Assembly: GCF_009834535.1 (NCBI RefSeq)
Contig: NC_045697.1
Span: 26,042,001 to 26,106,000 of the forward strand
Length of the DNA: 64,000 nt
Direction: 5' to 3'
Source: Camelus ferus
Lineage: Eukaryota
Below the pieces are notes generated by a model, which was not told the origin of the DNA, made no database searches, and saw only the letters and a program-made list of their open reading frames with translations. A program made the position numbers and the translations under genes. Below are positions 23,894-36,290 of this stretch, piece after piece (position 1 is the first letter of the stretch; each line of letters starts with the position of its first letter).

Positions 23894-25944
23894 ATACGAG
23901 TTGGGACAGCCTTCCTCCTCCTAATGCCTCAAGTTAAACAAAAAAACAAAAAAACACCCACCCTCCACCCATTACTAGCAGAACTCTGTCTTACTCACTA
24001 GTTGAACTAGGAAAGAAAACAACCGAAAACCTGGAGTCACTTCATTAAACCATAAGGTTATTAAGTATTCAGTGCAGGCAACTTCTGGAATTACCTTTGC
24101 TTGATTTTAATATCTTATGGGAGGGAAAAGTAGCATAGTACAATTGAACTCACTCGCCAGTCTAACCCATTTTTTTTTAAAGCACACCATTTTAAAATCA
24201 GAAACATAATAACCTTAGAGTTTTTAGAAACCTGCGAATGTGTCGAAATAATAGGCTTAACAATCACAGGATCACAGGACTGAAAGGAACCTTAGACAAG
24301 TATGTACCAAATAGAAAGAAGTTAGGCTGCACATGAGGAGTGAAACTTTTCAATGTTATCAGTACAAGTCTTACAGACTCTAACAAGGAAAATTTATTGT
24401 GTTCCAGAACAGGAGCCCCCCAACTGAGTGGATCTCCTAGGGGGAAACCCAGAAATGTGTGAGAAACTGCTTTTGCTTGTGGCACCATTATAACATCCTA
24501 CAGTATCACCCAAAGTAGAAACCTCAGGTACAATTTTTATCCCTCCAAATCTCTACAACTAATCCGCTATCCCCATAGGACACCTGGCACCATAGGTGAC
24601 TAAAAGAAGTGTCCTCGACTTCACGTTACTAATGTGGAGAAATAGCTAATCTCTTAAAAACTCAGAGAGCTCCATATAAATGACATGCCAAACCAGTTAG
24701 TTTAGGCTACAGGTCTTAGAGAATTCCACCTTTGCTTCAGTACAGAATAGTCACGAGAAATCGGTATCACTGTATTTGCATATCAAGCAAACTCGCTGTT
24801 AAACACCAAGATATTAACTCCACACATTCATGAAGACAAATAGTTTCACTTTACACCCCACAACCATGCAGAAGAGGAAGTGGTTTTGAGAAAACATGCT
24901 TGCTGTCATAATAGCCCATCCCATAGGGTAGAGCAGACTACCGAAGGTCAGAGGTCAAGAACCCTACTGCCCCAGAATGGGGTGAAATTGGTAATTTAGC
25001 ACCTCTCTCCTCTACCATCAGTCACCTACCTTAGCTTGTGGCAACACTCCCCCCATCAAACCCCACACAGGAAGCCCAGTTCCCTCAACCTGGCCATCTC
25101 CCAGAGCCACAGTCACCCACAGGCTCTGCCCTCCTCTCCCTCATGCCCTCTACCTTGGCCACTCTCTCTCCCACCCATCAAAACACATCCGTCCTTTCTT
25201 ATGCACCCTCAGACTTATATTGCTAATAGTAATAGCCTATATTTGCAAAGTGTTCACAAACCATCTGTGTAGGATCTCATTTAATCCTCACAGCTGTCTT
25301 GGGAGGGAAGCAAGCCCCATGCCCAAAGTCACACAGCAGATAAACAGTGGATAAATTCCGTAATTCTAAGAGTAGGACTCCGCAGTTGGTGCTGTTAACT
25401 GTGACGCCTCCTACTAGCTACCCAACTGATTTAACAGTAGAAGGGCATCAAGGGTCTCACACTCTCCCTCTCATTTGACTGCCGAGCTGGGCACAAGCAC
25501 TTAGAGTCACTAGGGAAATGCTGCTTAAGTATCCTGTGCCTTGCCAACTAGAGTCTACAAACCTTTTCAGTCTGTGAGTCTATGTGTCCATGCATGTGGG
25601 TAAATTCGGAAGCCTACAGTCATTTACATTTATTTGCTTGAGATTTAAGAGCCAATGATAAATTAAAGGAGAACATTAGTGAAATTCCTGTATAAAGAAT
25701 GGTAATACAGAATTTAGTTTCTTAAAACAACTGATATACTACAACAGTATGAAACCAGAGTCATATATGATGAAAGTATTTATTGCCCACCAGAGCAGTC
25801 AATGGTGATGGTTTAAAGCAAAGAAACAAACAAAAACACAGCTTGATTAGAATAGATGGTATTGATGTATTGCTTCAAAAGGTACTTGATCATGGTCTTA
25901 AAGGTTTAAGTTTAAATGTGACACAAAAGGAAACAGAGTAACAG

Positions 25945-26370
25945 CAACCCAAATGTTCATTGATGAATGAAGGGATTAAAAAAGGTAATATATTCACAAA
26001 ACTGACTACCATGCAGCCTTCAAAAGGAAGGACTTACTGTAATATGCTGCAACAGGGATGAACCTTGAGGACATTATGCTAAATGAAATGAGCCACTCAC
26101 AAAAGAGCAAATACTGTCTGACTCTGCTTATATGAGCTATCTAAAGTCATCAAATTCACAGAAATAGAACATAGGATGATGGTTGTGAGGGGCAGGGGAC
26201 AGGGAATAGAGGGACAGGGGACAGTTATTTAACCGGTACAGAATTTCATTTCTGCAAGATGAAAAAGTTCTGGAGATCTGTTTCACAACAATGTAAATAC
26301 ACTCAACACCACCGAACTGTACACTTAAAAATAGTAAAGACAGCAAGTTTATGCTATGTGCATTTTTCCT
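25945..26370 (+). mobile_element. L1MB-like 3' end
   Basis: atgaaccttgaggacattatgctaaatgaaatgagcca...gatgaaaaagttctggagatctg...gaactgtacacttaaaaatagtaaaga. Confidence 0.88.
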
Positions 26371-26554
26371 GCACTAAGGAGGAGACAGGATAGACTAGAA
26401 GATTTGGGCTGGCTTCTAGGCTTTTATTAGAACTGAATTCCTGTATATACCTGAACTTTTTCTTTCCTTGAGGGGCCAATTCTAGTCCTACAGATGTCTA
26501 CCACCACATCCCTGAGTCTCCCCCTCTTCCACACCTCATTACTTCCTACCCAGG

Positions 26555-26840
26555 CAGCAGTACACAAAGCACAGTGCTCTAGAGCCAGGCTGCCTGAATT
26601 CCAACCCATCCTTTCCCACCTGTTCACTGTGTACCTGATGTTAACTTCCCTGAAGCTCAGTTTCCAACTCTGTAAAATGAGGATAACATATCTGATAAGA
26701 TTTCTGTTCGAATTAAACAAGTAAAATATATAAGGTATTTAGAATGCCTACCTCACAGGACTGTTTGGAGGATGAAATGAATAAATATGCATGTACCTGA
26801 CATGAACTGAAGTGTAAAAAAACACTTGCTGATTATTAAT
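26555..26840 (+). mobile_element. MIR SINE containing an extra copied segment
   Basis: ctagagccaggctgcctgaatt...ctcagtttccaactctgtaaaatgaggataa. Confidence 0.8.
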
Positions 26841-27074
26841 TCGTCTGCTGCATACCATGTTGTACTTGGTCCCATTCATACTGTATTACTGCACTTGGTG
26901 TGACTGGCATTCTCCTGACTGCCTAATAAAGTTACATTCCTTTAAACAGGCGATGTAAATTATTCTTCTCATAAACCTACAAAGCACCAAACGCAGCAGT
27001 AAACATAGTTTTAGCAGCTTAGTAAAATTTAGATGTGGTTAGAGTAGCAAGAATGATTTTTTACCTGAAGACTT

Positions 27075-27300
27075 TAGACCTGGGACACAGCACAGTGAGT
27101 ACCAGTCATCCCAGCTTTGCTGTATTGTACCTGCATAAACCTGGGAGAATTCTTTCATTTTTCTGAGCTGCACCACTGCCATCTGTAAGCAGTGATGGCA
27201 AGAATGCCTACCTCACAGGACTGTTTAGAAGATGAAATGAGTAAATATGCATAAAGATCTTAGTTCTTGGCAAGCAATAAGCATTTAATTAATGTCTGCT
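27075..27300 (+). mobile_element. MIR SINE
   Basis: catctgtaagcagtgatggcaagaatgcctacctcacaggactgtttagaagatgaaatgag. Confidence 0.75.
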
Positions 27301-30299
27301 GGATGAAGAATAACTGAAGTTTGAGCTGAAAATAGACAGGCTCTGGGCAAAAGCATTCCACCCCTCGGATCAAGGAGAGAAGATCATTCTAAGTTATGTT
27401 TTGATTATTTTACTTGCTGTGCAATCTGAAAAACACAACTCTTTCAAAATCTAGAACTTGCTATCCATCTCCAGGTCCAGTGAAGGCCAGTAGTGATCAT
27501 TCCTTTACTTATTATGAGAAGTTATTACTAGTGTTACAGCTGGGTTAGGTGTCTTGGATGACACCCCAACAGTTATGTGGCTTGAAAAATCGCCTTAGCT
27601 TCAGTTAGTCTTTTCTCTTTCAAACTGTCCATCCAGATTTTAAGTTAAGTGGCTAATGTTTGGGACTCATTTTCAGTTCTAATTCAGAGACCTTTCAAGT
27701 GGAGCCATAATTCTTGGGCAACCAGAGAAAGATTCCATCTTCCCGGATTCCTACAAGAGCAGGAGTGGGGATAATGAAATGGCATCACAAGCCACAGCCT
27801 GCATCACCATGGGGGACTCCTGCTGGGGAGCCCCTAAAACCTGGGCGGCTGCTTCTGCTCCCTCCCTCTGGGCCAGCTCCCTCCTAGTCCTCCCCACCAT
27901 TTAGCCACATCTGTATTCTGACAGCTGAAAAGAAAACCAGGCCCTTTAGAATTCTTGATACAATAGAATTCTGTTCCATTTCATGCTACACTGAACAGTT
28001 TTAATGTTTAATTGACTGAGGTCAAAATTAGCACGATACTACACTTCAACAATAAGATTTTAAAATGTACACTTATGATATGTGCATTTATATATATCTA
28101 TCGATTTTAAATTTTTAATACAAATGTATACTCCACTATTTCTTTGACTTTGAGCCACATTTTTAGACTGACAACCAGATGTTTCAAAATAGCCCACTGT
28201 GAATGGTTTCCTCTCTCTGCACTTATAAATAGCACCCTGACCTCTTTTCCAACTGAATTTGAGGGCTTATTCCTATTGGTTCTGTAATCATTAAAGTCTC
28301 CTTTCCTTAGATGGAGGGTATCTCAGCAAATGTCTCCCAACTTATTGACTCATTTATTTACATTTATTCATTCAGTAAATATTTAAGGAACACTAACTAC
28401 TCTCCCCACGATAACACTGAGAAATATTTGCAAGTCAAGATAACACCTATTATCTTATTTGAGAACAGTGCTAAGTGCTATAAAGAAAGTGAACACACAA
28501 TGTCCTCTGAGTTTAAAATCTAAAGGGGCAGGTTAGACATGACTGTAAGCAAGGGACAATGACATGCATATGGTCAGTTCTTCACTAGTCAGTAAGTGTC
28601 AATAAAGAGGAATACCAAAGCTGGAAGACTCAAATGTACCCAATAAAAGCACTGAAAGAGTAATGATGAGACAAACCAAGTTTTGTGACCTTGACTTTCA
28701 CATAATTCACACTTGAAGTACTGTTTTACACTTACTCACATAGAGAAGTAGCACCATCATCTTTCATGAGTGCCAAGGAACTCTTAAGTATCTCAAATCA
28801 ACTCCATGAATATAAGTGAAACATGCAGAAATTGAGACCTCTGAGGATGGAGAGAGCGGTGAAGGAGTGTGGAGGGGAGTTTCACGATGTATAGGAAAGA
28901 ATGCAGCAAGCACTGACAGCTGCACCTAAAGTCGAAGGAATGCCACTCAGGGGGCAACGAGGGAGAAGACGTCTCCAGGCAATCAAGGAGATGAGAAGAG
29001 CTGGGATGGACCTCGGGCTCGATGGGTAACAAAAGGTGATCACAAAAAAGGAAGCTGGAATTGGCTATGGAGGGGCCAGGCTAAGGATTCTGAACTTAAG
29101 ATACTCTCATCAGATGCTATGCAAGTGTCTTAGCAACTACTCTCACCATGACCACCCCCAGGAGCCCATCACCCGATAAACAGCATGGAGACAGGGAGAT
29201 CACATTTCTCTTGTACTTTCCCCTGATCACCTCTCCAACTCCAAACTGATTGAACCATTCTGTCCTCTTCCTAAAGCTACGTGATGGAACCAGAAGTCTT
29301 TTTTGTTTTTGCATTCTACTTTGTGAGAACCATGTGGGAAGACACACAGTCTTCTGAGTCCTTCCCTGAGTATCCCCTCAGCGCCCAGCCCCCTTGTGCA
29401 CAAATGATATGAGGCAGAAAAATAATTCTCCCCACTCTTCACTAGTAGTTGTTACCCTGAAGTTGCTCAAAATGACTACTCCACCCTAGTCAGGGCTCCT
29501 CTGTTCCCTCCATAGGCTGGGTAAGGAAGTAAGTTATGCTGAGTCGAAACTTCAACAAAATTTCACAGGTCAAATTTCTAACTAGCAAGGATCATATAAA
29601 GAAAGTACCATCAACTATTATCTCAATTAAGGAAATAAGTAGGCAAAATGGTGCCACTACAATATGAATTTAGTCTGACTTATAATACTTCAACTTAAAA
29701 TGATAAACTACAGTGGTCCAGGCCTTCACAGAAAAGATTAAGAAGACATCTTATAGCCTCTAATCTCTCATCAGTCACATTTGGTCTAAGCTAAGAATTA
29801 TTTCCAATATTAAGAAGAAGTTCTTAACTTAATTTTACAGAAAACTCCAGAAATCCCTCATTTTAGAAAGTACAAAGATTGGACTCAATGAGTCAACAAG
29901 TGAAGGGGGGAAAAACTTGTTAAAAGAACCACTTGTTAAAAGCAATGGCTGTCATTTAGAGGTAGCATTTTTATATTATCTTTCACCAGCCTTTCTCAAA
30001 GTTGCAAGGAGGTGGGGTAGAAAGTAACAAAACAAAAAGAAATAACTTCTTGAATACCATGAAGTTTATAACTCAGAGTCCTAAGAGAATTTTAAAATTT
30101 TTACAGTCTTATGACACTAATGTTAAGAGTTTCCAAGAACATTGCAATTCTTTATAATCTGAGCCCTATACTTAACCACAGTAACTAAGTAGTTGAATTG
30201 TAAAGTACTCATTGAGTATCTATGAGCCTCACACTGCTAGAAACTTGTAGTGAAATTAGATGATTAAGAATTTGTATTAAAAAAAAAGAATTTGTTTTT

Positions 30300-30470
30300 A
30301 GAAGCAGACTCACAGATACAGAGAACTAGTGGTTACCAGTGGGAAGGGGGAAGGGGCAGTATATCGGTAAGGGGTGTGAAAAGACTCGTGGGATTATATG
30401 AAATCAAATGTGTGAAACTTTTGAAAATTGTAAACCACTAGAATTTAATAAATCTTTCATTCAATCAATT
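30300..30470 (+). mobile_element. L1 3' UTR fragment
   Basis: agcagactcacagatacagagaactagtggttaccagtgggaaggggg, related to the L1 3' UTR at about 23630-23700. Confidence 0.75.
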
Positions 30471-31753
30471 TTTTTCATATTCAAAAGACACAGGAAAAAT
30501 GAAAAAATATATATATGCTTGTTTTTAAATGTACCCTCACCTTCCCCTTCCATGGACAATCCATATAAAATCTGACAGGCTTCCAGAGGAAGGAAAAACT
30601 ACAAACACATGCACGCCCACATAAATAAGTTTTAACAAGTCATTTGACTTTCCCTCTAGGTACATTTCCATTTAAATAAATCTGACGGTACTGACAAGTC
30701 AAGTCTATATAAAACACCCTTGGTGTTAAGACCCACCTTGAGTGTTTATGTGTTAAATATATGTTTGAAAAGGAGCCAGGGAGATATTTCCACTTGAGGC
30801 TCTAGCCTAGTTCCATGACCCGTTTTACTTTTTCCTCTTTTTTTTAAACATTGCTAAATAGTGTAATGTCATGAGAATTTCCCCCTCAATATTTCTCTAT
30901 AAGTGCATTAAAGTTACAACTAAGAGTTTAAAAGTATTTCTCTATTTTTCCCCCCTTGAAAAAGTTAGCTTCCTTTTTAAAACAGCCATAATTTCATCTT
31001 CCAATTACTTTCGGGCAATGTTCCATAAACTAGCGCTTAAGTGCGGGAGAAATCAATACTGAGCTTGTAAGTACAACACTATTATTGGTAATCACAATGA
31101 CATCCGATTAAATGTACTCTTAAAAATAGCTTATTTTTCAATACATTTTTCTTAACTAAAAGGATATAAGCCTACTTCAAGGACAACCTTGCACAAAGAA
31201 AAATGTTGTTATCACCATACAAACGTTCAAAAGTCGAAAATGTCATTCCACACAAACTAGTTTCTAATTTCCCTCTAATTATCAAAGGTTATATAGTTCA
31301 CAATATAATTTCACGATGCCTTCCCCCAAATCAAAATTACCCCAGATGGCCGCAAGGAGGTCAGGGAAACGTTTAAGAAAACAAGCCAGGATGAACTTAC
31401 TTTACTTAATGAGATGGGTATCCTTTCTCCCTGGAGACCTGTCTCCAAAAGATCAATCTGGTAAACTCACTGTCGACAGGTCCAGGAGTATGAGGTTGGG
31501 TTCGGGCAGGCGGAGGCCAAATGATTGTAATTAAAGTTAATTAACAGGCCTGCCGTCTCAAAGTGTATAACGAGCAGGGTGCGGGGGAGCACAGAAACCC
31601 CAGCAAACTCATTATCACTACAGAATAAATAACTTGGTGCCTGAAACTCCCTAAAGGGCAGCTCCTTTTCCAGGAGGAGAGTCTAGTTGTCTACCCGGAT
31701 TGTCACCCGCTAAGCCAAATCCCATTAGTAATTGGAGTTTTTGTATTACTTAC

Positions 31754-32300
31754 CCCCTTCTGGTTTCCTTTTAGACGCCCACACGCGAGAGCGAAATCCA
31801 AGGGGCAGAAACCGGAGCCGAACACTTTGCGCGCTGGAAATGTACCCGGAAAGGTGCCGGAAAGCCCCGGCCCGGCCTCAGACGGTCCTCCCGCCCGGCC
31901 CCGCCGCCCAGCCCACCGCGGCCTCCGGGACTCGCCCCACGCGCGGGCAGCGGAGCTGGAGAGGCGCGGCAAGGCGTGCAGGGGATCCCGGGCGCCGGCG
32001 TCTCCCCTGGCCGGGCTCGCTCTGTCCTCACGCGTCCGTTCCAGGCGCGGGGCCTCTGCTGCCCGGTCCCCGCCGGCTGCCCGCACCGCGTCTGCTGCCA
32101 GGCGGCGGCCGCGCTGGCGGCGCTGTCACTCGGGCGGCGCGCCGCGGCCGCCGCACCTGGAGGCGGGGAGCGCGAGCCGGCGCGCAGCTCCGGAAGCGCC
32201 GCGCCCGCGACCCGCGCCCACCCCAGGTGCTCCCGCGCGGCGCCTCGGCCGCTTCCTCCCGGCCTGCGGGGGCGGGGAGAGGCGCCCGGCTCGGGGGCAG
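31754..32300 (-). other. ARAP2: Probable non-coding ARAP2 exon 1 (5' boundary unknown)
   Basis: Consensus donor AAGGGG|gtaagt (GT at 31752-31753) at the downstream edge of the CpG island. No minus-strand ATG between 31754 and 32348. Confidence 0.7.
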
Positions 32301-32605
32301 CGCCGCTCAGCTGCGGGGGCAGCCGGGCCGGCCGCCCTGGTTCCGCAGCATAGTTGGGCGGCTGACTCAGTCTGCCGCGACTCGGCCGCGCCTGGCACCC
32401 TCGCCACCTGGCGCACCTCGGCCCCGGGGCTCCCTGGCCGGCGGGGTTGGAGGAGCTGAGAGGGCGCGTCCCGAAGGCCTGAGCGGCGAGGGCATGGCCC
32501 TCCCGGGACCGAGATGCCCGTGACCCTTCCCCGACTCCCACTGGCCAGATGGTTGGTCGGTGCGCTCTGATTGGGGGGGGGGGGGGTTGTCAAATGGGCG
32601 GAACC
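31770..32605 (-). promoter_or_regulatory. ARAP2: CpG-island promoter of ARAP2
   Basis: The only strongly GC- and CpG-rich segment in the window. GC boxes gggcgg (32356-32361, 32596-32601), ETS-like ccggaag (32190-32196), AP-1 tgactca (32363-32369), minus-strand CCAAT (32570-32574). Confidence 0.9.
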
Positions 32606-35600
32606 TCACCACCACTGATGATTAGTATTACTCTACTAAGTACTTTCCCTGTTACCTCAGCGTTTCCCAAACTTAAGACTCATCTAGGACGCTGGTTTTC
32701 CCAGGCTGCTTCTGCGTAAAGTTGCATTCAATGAACTCGGAAATCTATTTATCAAGCCCCGTGCTGATTAGGCTGAACCCATTATATCGAATCCTCCTTT
32801 ATGTAGTCTCTTTGAAGAAGGGATTAATATTCGCACTTTCCAGTTGAGGAGTCCGTGGGGTACAGCAACTTGCCCAAGGGGACACAGCTTTAAGGGATGG
32901 AGGTGGTTTTCAATTTAGATCTTAACTCTCTCCCCTGAGCAATACAACCTCCTCACAGATTTTTTTAAATTCTCTTTTCTTGTCTCCGCCCCCACCCCGC
33001 CCCCACCCCTCGGAGAGGAGGGCTAACCCTGCTCTAGTCCTCTGGGCACCGGAGATTGTTAGATCTGGGAAAGACATCTCCTCTTGGACTTGCACCTTGA
33101 CAGGTAACAGTAAGGCAGCAAGAAAATACGGGGATCCATAAAGAAAAGCCCTAGTGCGCCCCCATATACCTAAGTGTCCAGAAAACCGACTTGTTTGCAA
33201 GAGAATTCAAGGACCAACTCCTTATTTTTATTTTTTTAATTAACATCTTTTTACCGACTGTATTTGGAATTCTCTCCCTTGAAAGATGAAACGTCCTTAT
33301 CTTTCCCCAGTACCTGTTGATAGAAGTAAAGCAATTAGGGAAACTGCTGAGCTTATTATGAAAATGAGGTAATTGGTGAAGTCCAGAGTGTGGGAGGCTT
33401 CCCAGGATCCCAGGCCCTTGGGAGGTATCATCTTCACCAAAAAACCTGCCTGTGAAAAAGCACCCTCCAGCCCCGGGCAGACTCTGTGACAGCTGTGGCT
33501 GGCACTCTCCAGAGACACCAAATTTCCAGTTTCTTTTGAGCTAAATACTTTATAGCAAGCCCTGTTTCCACCAGGAAAGTTTTCTTGATATTTCCCGGAC
33601 CTCAAGAATGATCTTTTCTTTGGATTCCTGTAGAATTGTATTTATGTGGCTCTTTCTTGGTTTCATATTAAGCCCATACTCTTTGTGGGGTTTTTTTTTC
33701 CCCTCTCCCTCAGAGTTCTCACATACTTGTCATTTATTTTTATCTTTGTAAGCCATCTTAAATCCTTTTCTGAACAAGGTGGGTTATAAATAAACAAAAA
33801 ATTCTTACATCAGTTATGGTCTGCCTCAGAACGCCAAGCATTGTTACTTGAACACTAAGTCCTCAAGTTACTTCTCTTGGTAGATGTTATAAAATAATTG
33901 GGCTTTGTGCCTCTTTGCAACAATATCTTAGTTCATTGATTATTATTCATTTATTGTTTAAAAGTGTATTGAAAATTTATTTTTTGATAGTTTGAAAATA
34001 CAGTGGTTAGCAAATACAATACAACCCCAGAATTTTCAGTCTTCTCTGAGGGGAAATAATGTTAAGAGCTGTAAGACATACCGATGATTTAATAAAATAG
34101 CTCTGAGAAACAAAAGAAAAACAATGCTCCCTCATTGAAACTATACATTGGTTATAAAATGTATTCCGGTTTTAAGTACCTTAACATATGAAGGAAAATA
34201 AAAGATTCTGAGGAAATATGGCAAAGACTACCTTTTATTAATTGTTCATTAATCATACCAAGTTCTAGCCAAACACCTAACATGTATTATATGTTGTATA
34301 TATACAGCAACTCTGAGGTGGAATTTTTTTCCCCAATTTTATAAACATAGGCTTAACTGAGACTAAAAGAGATTAAGTTGCAAATAGTGGATAAATTGAA
34401 CACATCTTGGCTGTATTCATAGGCTACACATTATTTAGCATCACTCAGAGTGAGGCATTCAGGGAGAAAAGTAGACAGGAAAAATAGTTTTAAGAATTGA
34501 CGTATGAAAATCTGTTTACTGCCAAGTCTATTAAAGTATGCATTCCCAGTTATTTTCCATATATGATTTACTCCAAATATATATTTAGATTTATTCCAAA
34601 ATGACCCACTCCCACCCCATTTCCTCCATTTTTTTGTAGGAGAGCAGAGATAGCTCTGTCCCTGCCAGACTTAACGTTTGCTCCTCCCATCTCTCCTACC
34701 CAGAATGCACTCTGCTTATGGACCATGCAATTTGAGCCATCCTTCCCTCCTCCTCCCCTCCCTCCTTTGCCTCCTTCCCCTTTTCCTTACATCATCCAGG
34801 CTAACACCCATAAAGAATTTGTGTGCCAGTTGCTATTCCCAGCACTTTACTTGCGAAAGCTCATTTAATTATCTCAACAGCTCCTTGAACAGAAAGTGTT
34901 ATTATCCCCACTAGAAGAAACTTAAAGAGGTTAATTAATTTATACCAGATATTCCATAAGGCAGAGAGAATTCCAACCCAGTCTTCTCCAGGACCCATCC
35001 TCTGCAGTTTGACTATTAGGGAAAGCTCACAGTGCTGGAATTGCAAAGGCCTGTGCTCAAAATGAATGATCAGTGTAAGCCGTGGCATTTTGAACAAAGT
35101 CGTTAACTTATCTGAGCCTCAATTTCCCCCATCTGTAAACAAGGAATAGTAATACCTATGAGCATTTAATGTAATTACATGTCTAAGACACTCAGAAAAT
35201 AGTAGTCTCTTATTACATTTAATTCTATTCTCTTTTCTCTAATTATTGTTCAAAACTAGGTTCAAATCACATCTCCCTCTCAAGCCTTTCCAAATCTTTC
35301 GTAACCTGGGTTATCTATACAACAGAATTTAAGGTACTCTCTCCATTTTTCTATAAAGGAAAACCCAGTATTACCTTTACCAAACATAAAATTTTAGGGA
35401 TGCAGATAAAATAGGCATATGTCTACTAATAATATTTAATTCATCATTTTAGATAAACAGATACTCAGAAAAGTAAACTCATTTATTAATATATAAATAC
35501 TTCCTTTTCCACTCATATTTTAAAAATAATTTTATTCAAATTTTAACATGCAAGTTTGACATCAATGAGTTCATCACTAGAGCCGCATTTTGAATCATCA

Positions 35601-36084
35601 ATGTTTGGTTTGGTTTGGTTTTCAGAGCATATTATTTTCACTTCTGTCTAAATTTTTGAAGGTACTTAATTTTCTGAAGCCATTTATAATTCTGTCACTG
35701 GGAATTTTATTACAAATCACAAGTTCCCACTTCCTTTATATTAAGAAGTTGATTTTCCTCATTCACCTCAAACATGTACATTAATAGTCTCCACCAGTTT
35801 TTGGTTTTTAGAATGGTTTTTAAAAGGACGCTTGTCCTAACATGGGGTACTTAAAATTGTGAGGTGACATCCCTATAAATAATTGCTTAATCTGTTTTAA
35901 ATATCTTCACCTTCTTTTAAACCAATCTCATCAGATGGTCTGTGTCTGTATCCTAAGCTAAGACTGACTGGGGATGTTTTAGGCTACGCCGCTACCCTGA
36001 CGTCCCATCCCCGCAGCTCAGCTGGCAGCAGCTCAGATTAATGCACGTACTGAAGGAAGGCAGGGGTTCTGTGATACATAGATT

Positions 36085-36290
36085 CTATGTACCAGGCATT
36101 GTGACACATTACGAACTCAATTCTCTCAACAGGGCTGGGGGGTAGTTACAATCATTATCTCTTTTTTAAGCCAGTGAAGAAACTGAGACATAAAAAAATT
36201 ATCCCATATAAAATTCACAAGTAGTAAATAAGGAAGAAAGGATCTGAACCCAACTAATGTGGATTCAAAGCCTATGCCTAAAGCATTCTG
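36085..36290 (-). mobile_element. MIR SINE
   Basis: atgtaccaggcattgtg...gtgaagaaactgagacata...ggatctgaaccca...gattcaaagcc. Confidence 0.75.

Larger units (their letters stand above)
1..32300 (-). other. ARAP2: ARAP2 gene, 5' portion (exons 1-6 and introns); continues beyond the left edge; TSS position approximate
   Basis: Five coding exons with GT-AG boundaries join in frame into MSSVSEVNVDIKDFLMSINLEQY...KVKSGWLDKLCPQG. I recognise this as the ARAP2 N-terminus (SAM domain, linker, start of PH1). A CpG island sits at the 5' end. Confidence 0.96.

Noticed and set aside
23999..24006. Apparent 8-nt microexon on the minus strand (ttttctttcctag|ttcaacta|gtgagt)
   Set aside because: Weak exonic donor context, non-coding position and no other support; likely chance.
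31703..32615. Seven overlapping ORFs of 82-263 aa on both strands
   Set aside because: Ala/Arg/Gly/Pro-rich products of a stop-poor CpG island, mostly with non-ATG starts and no recognisable domain.
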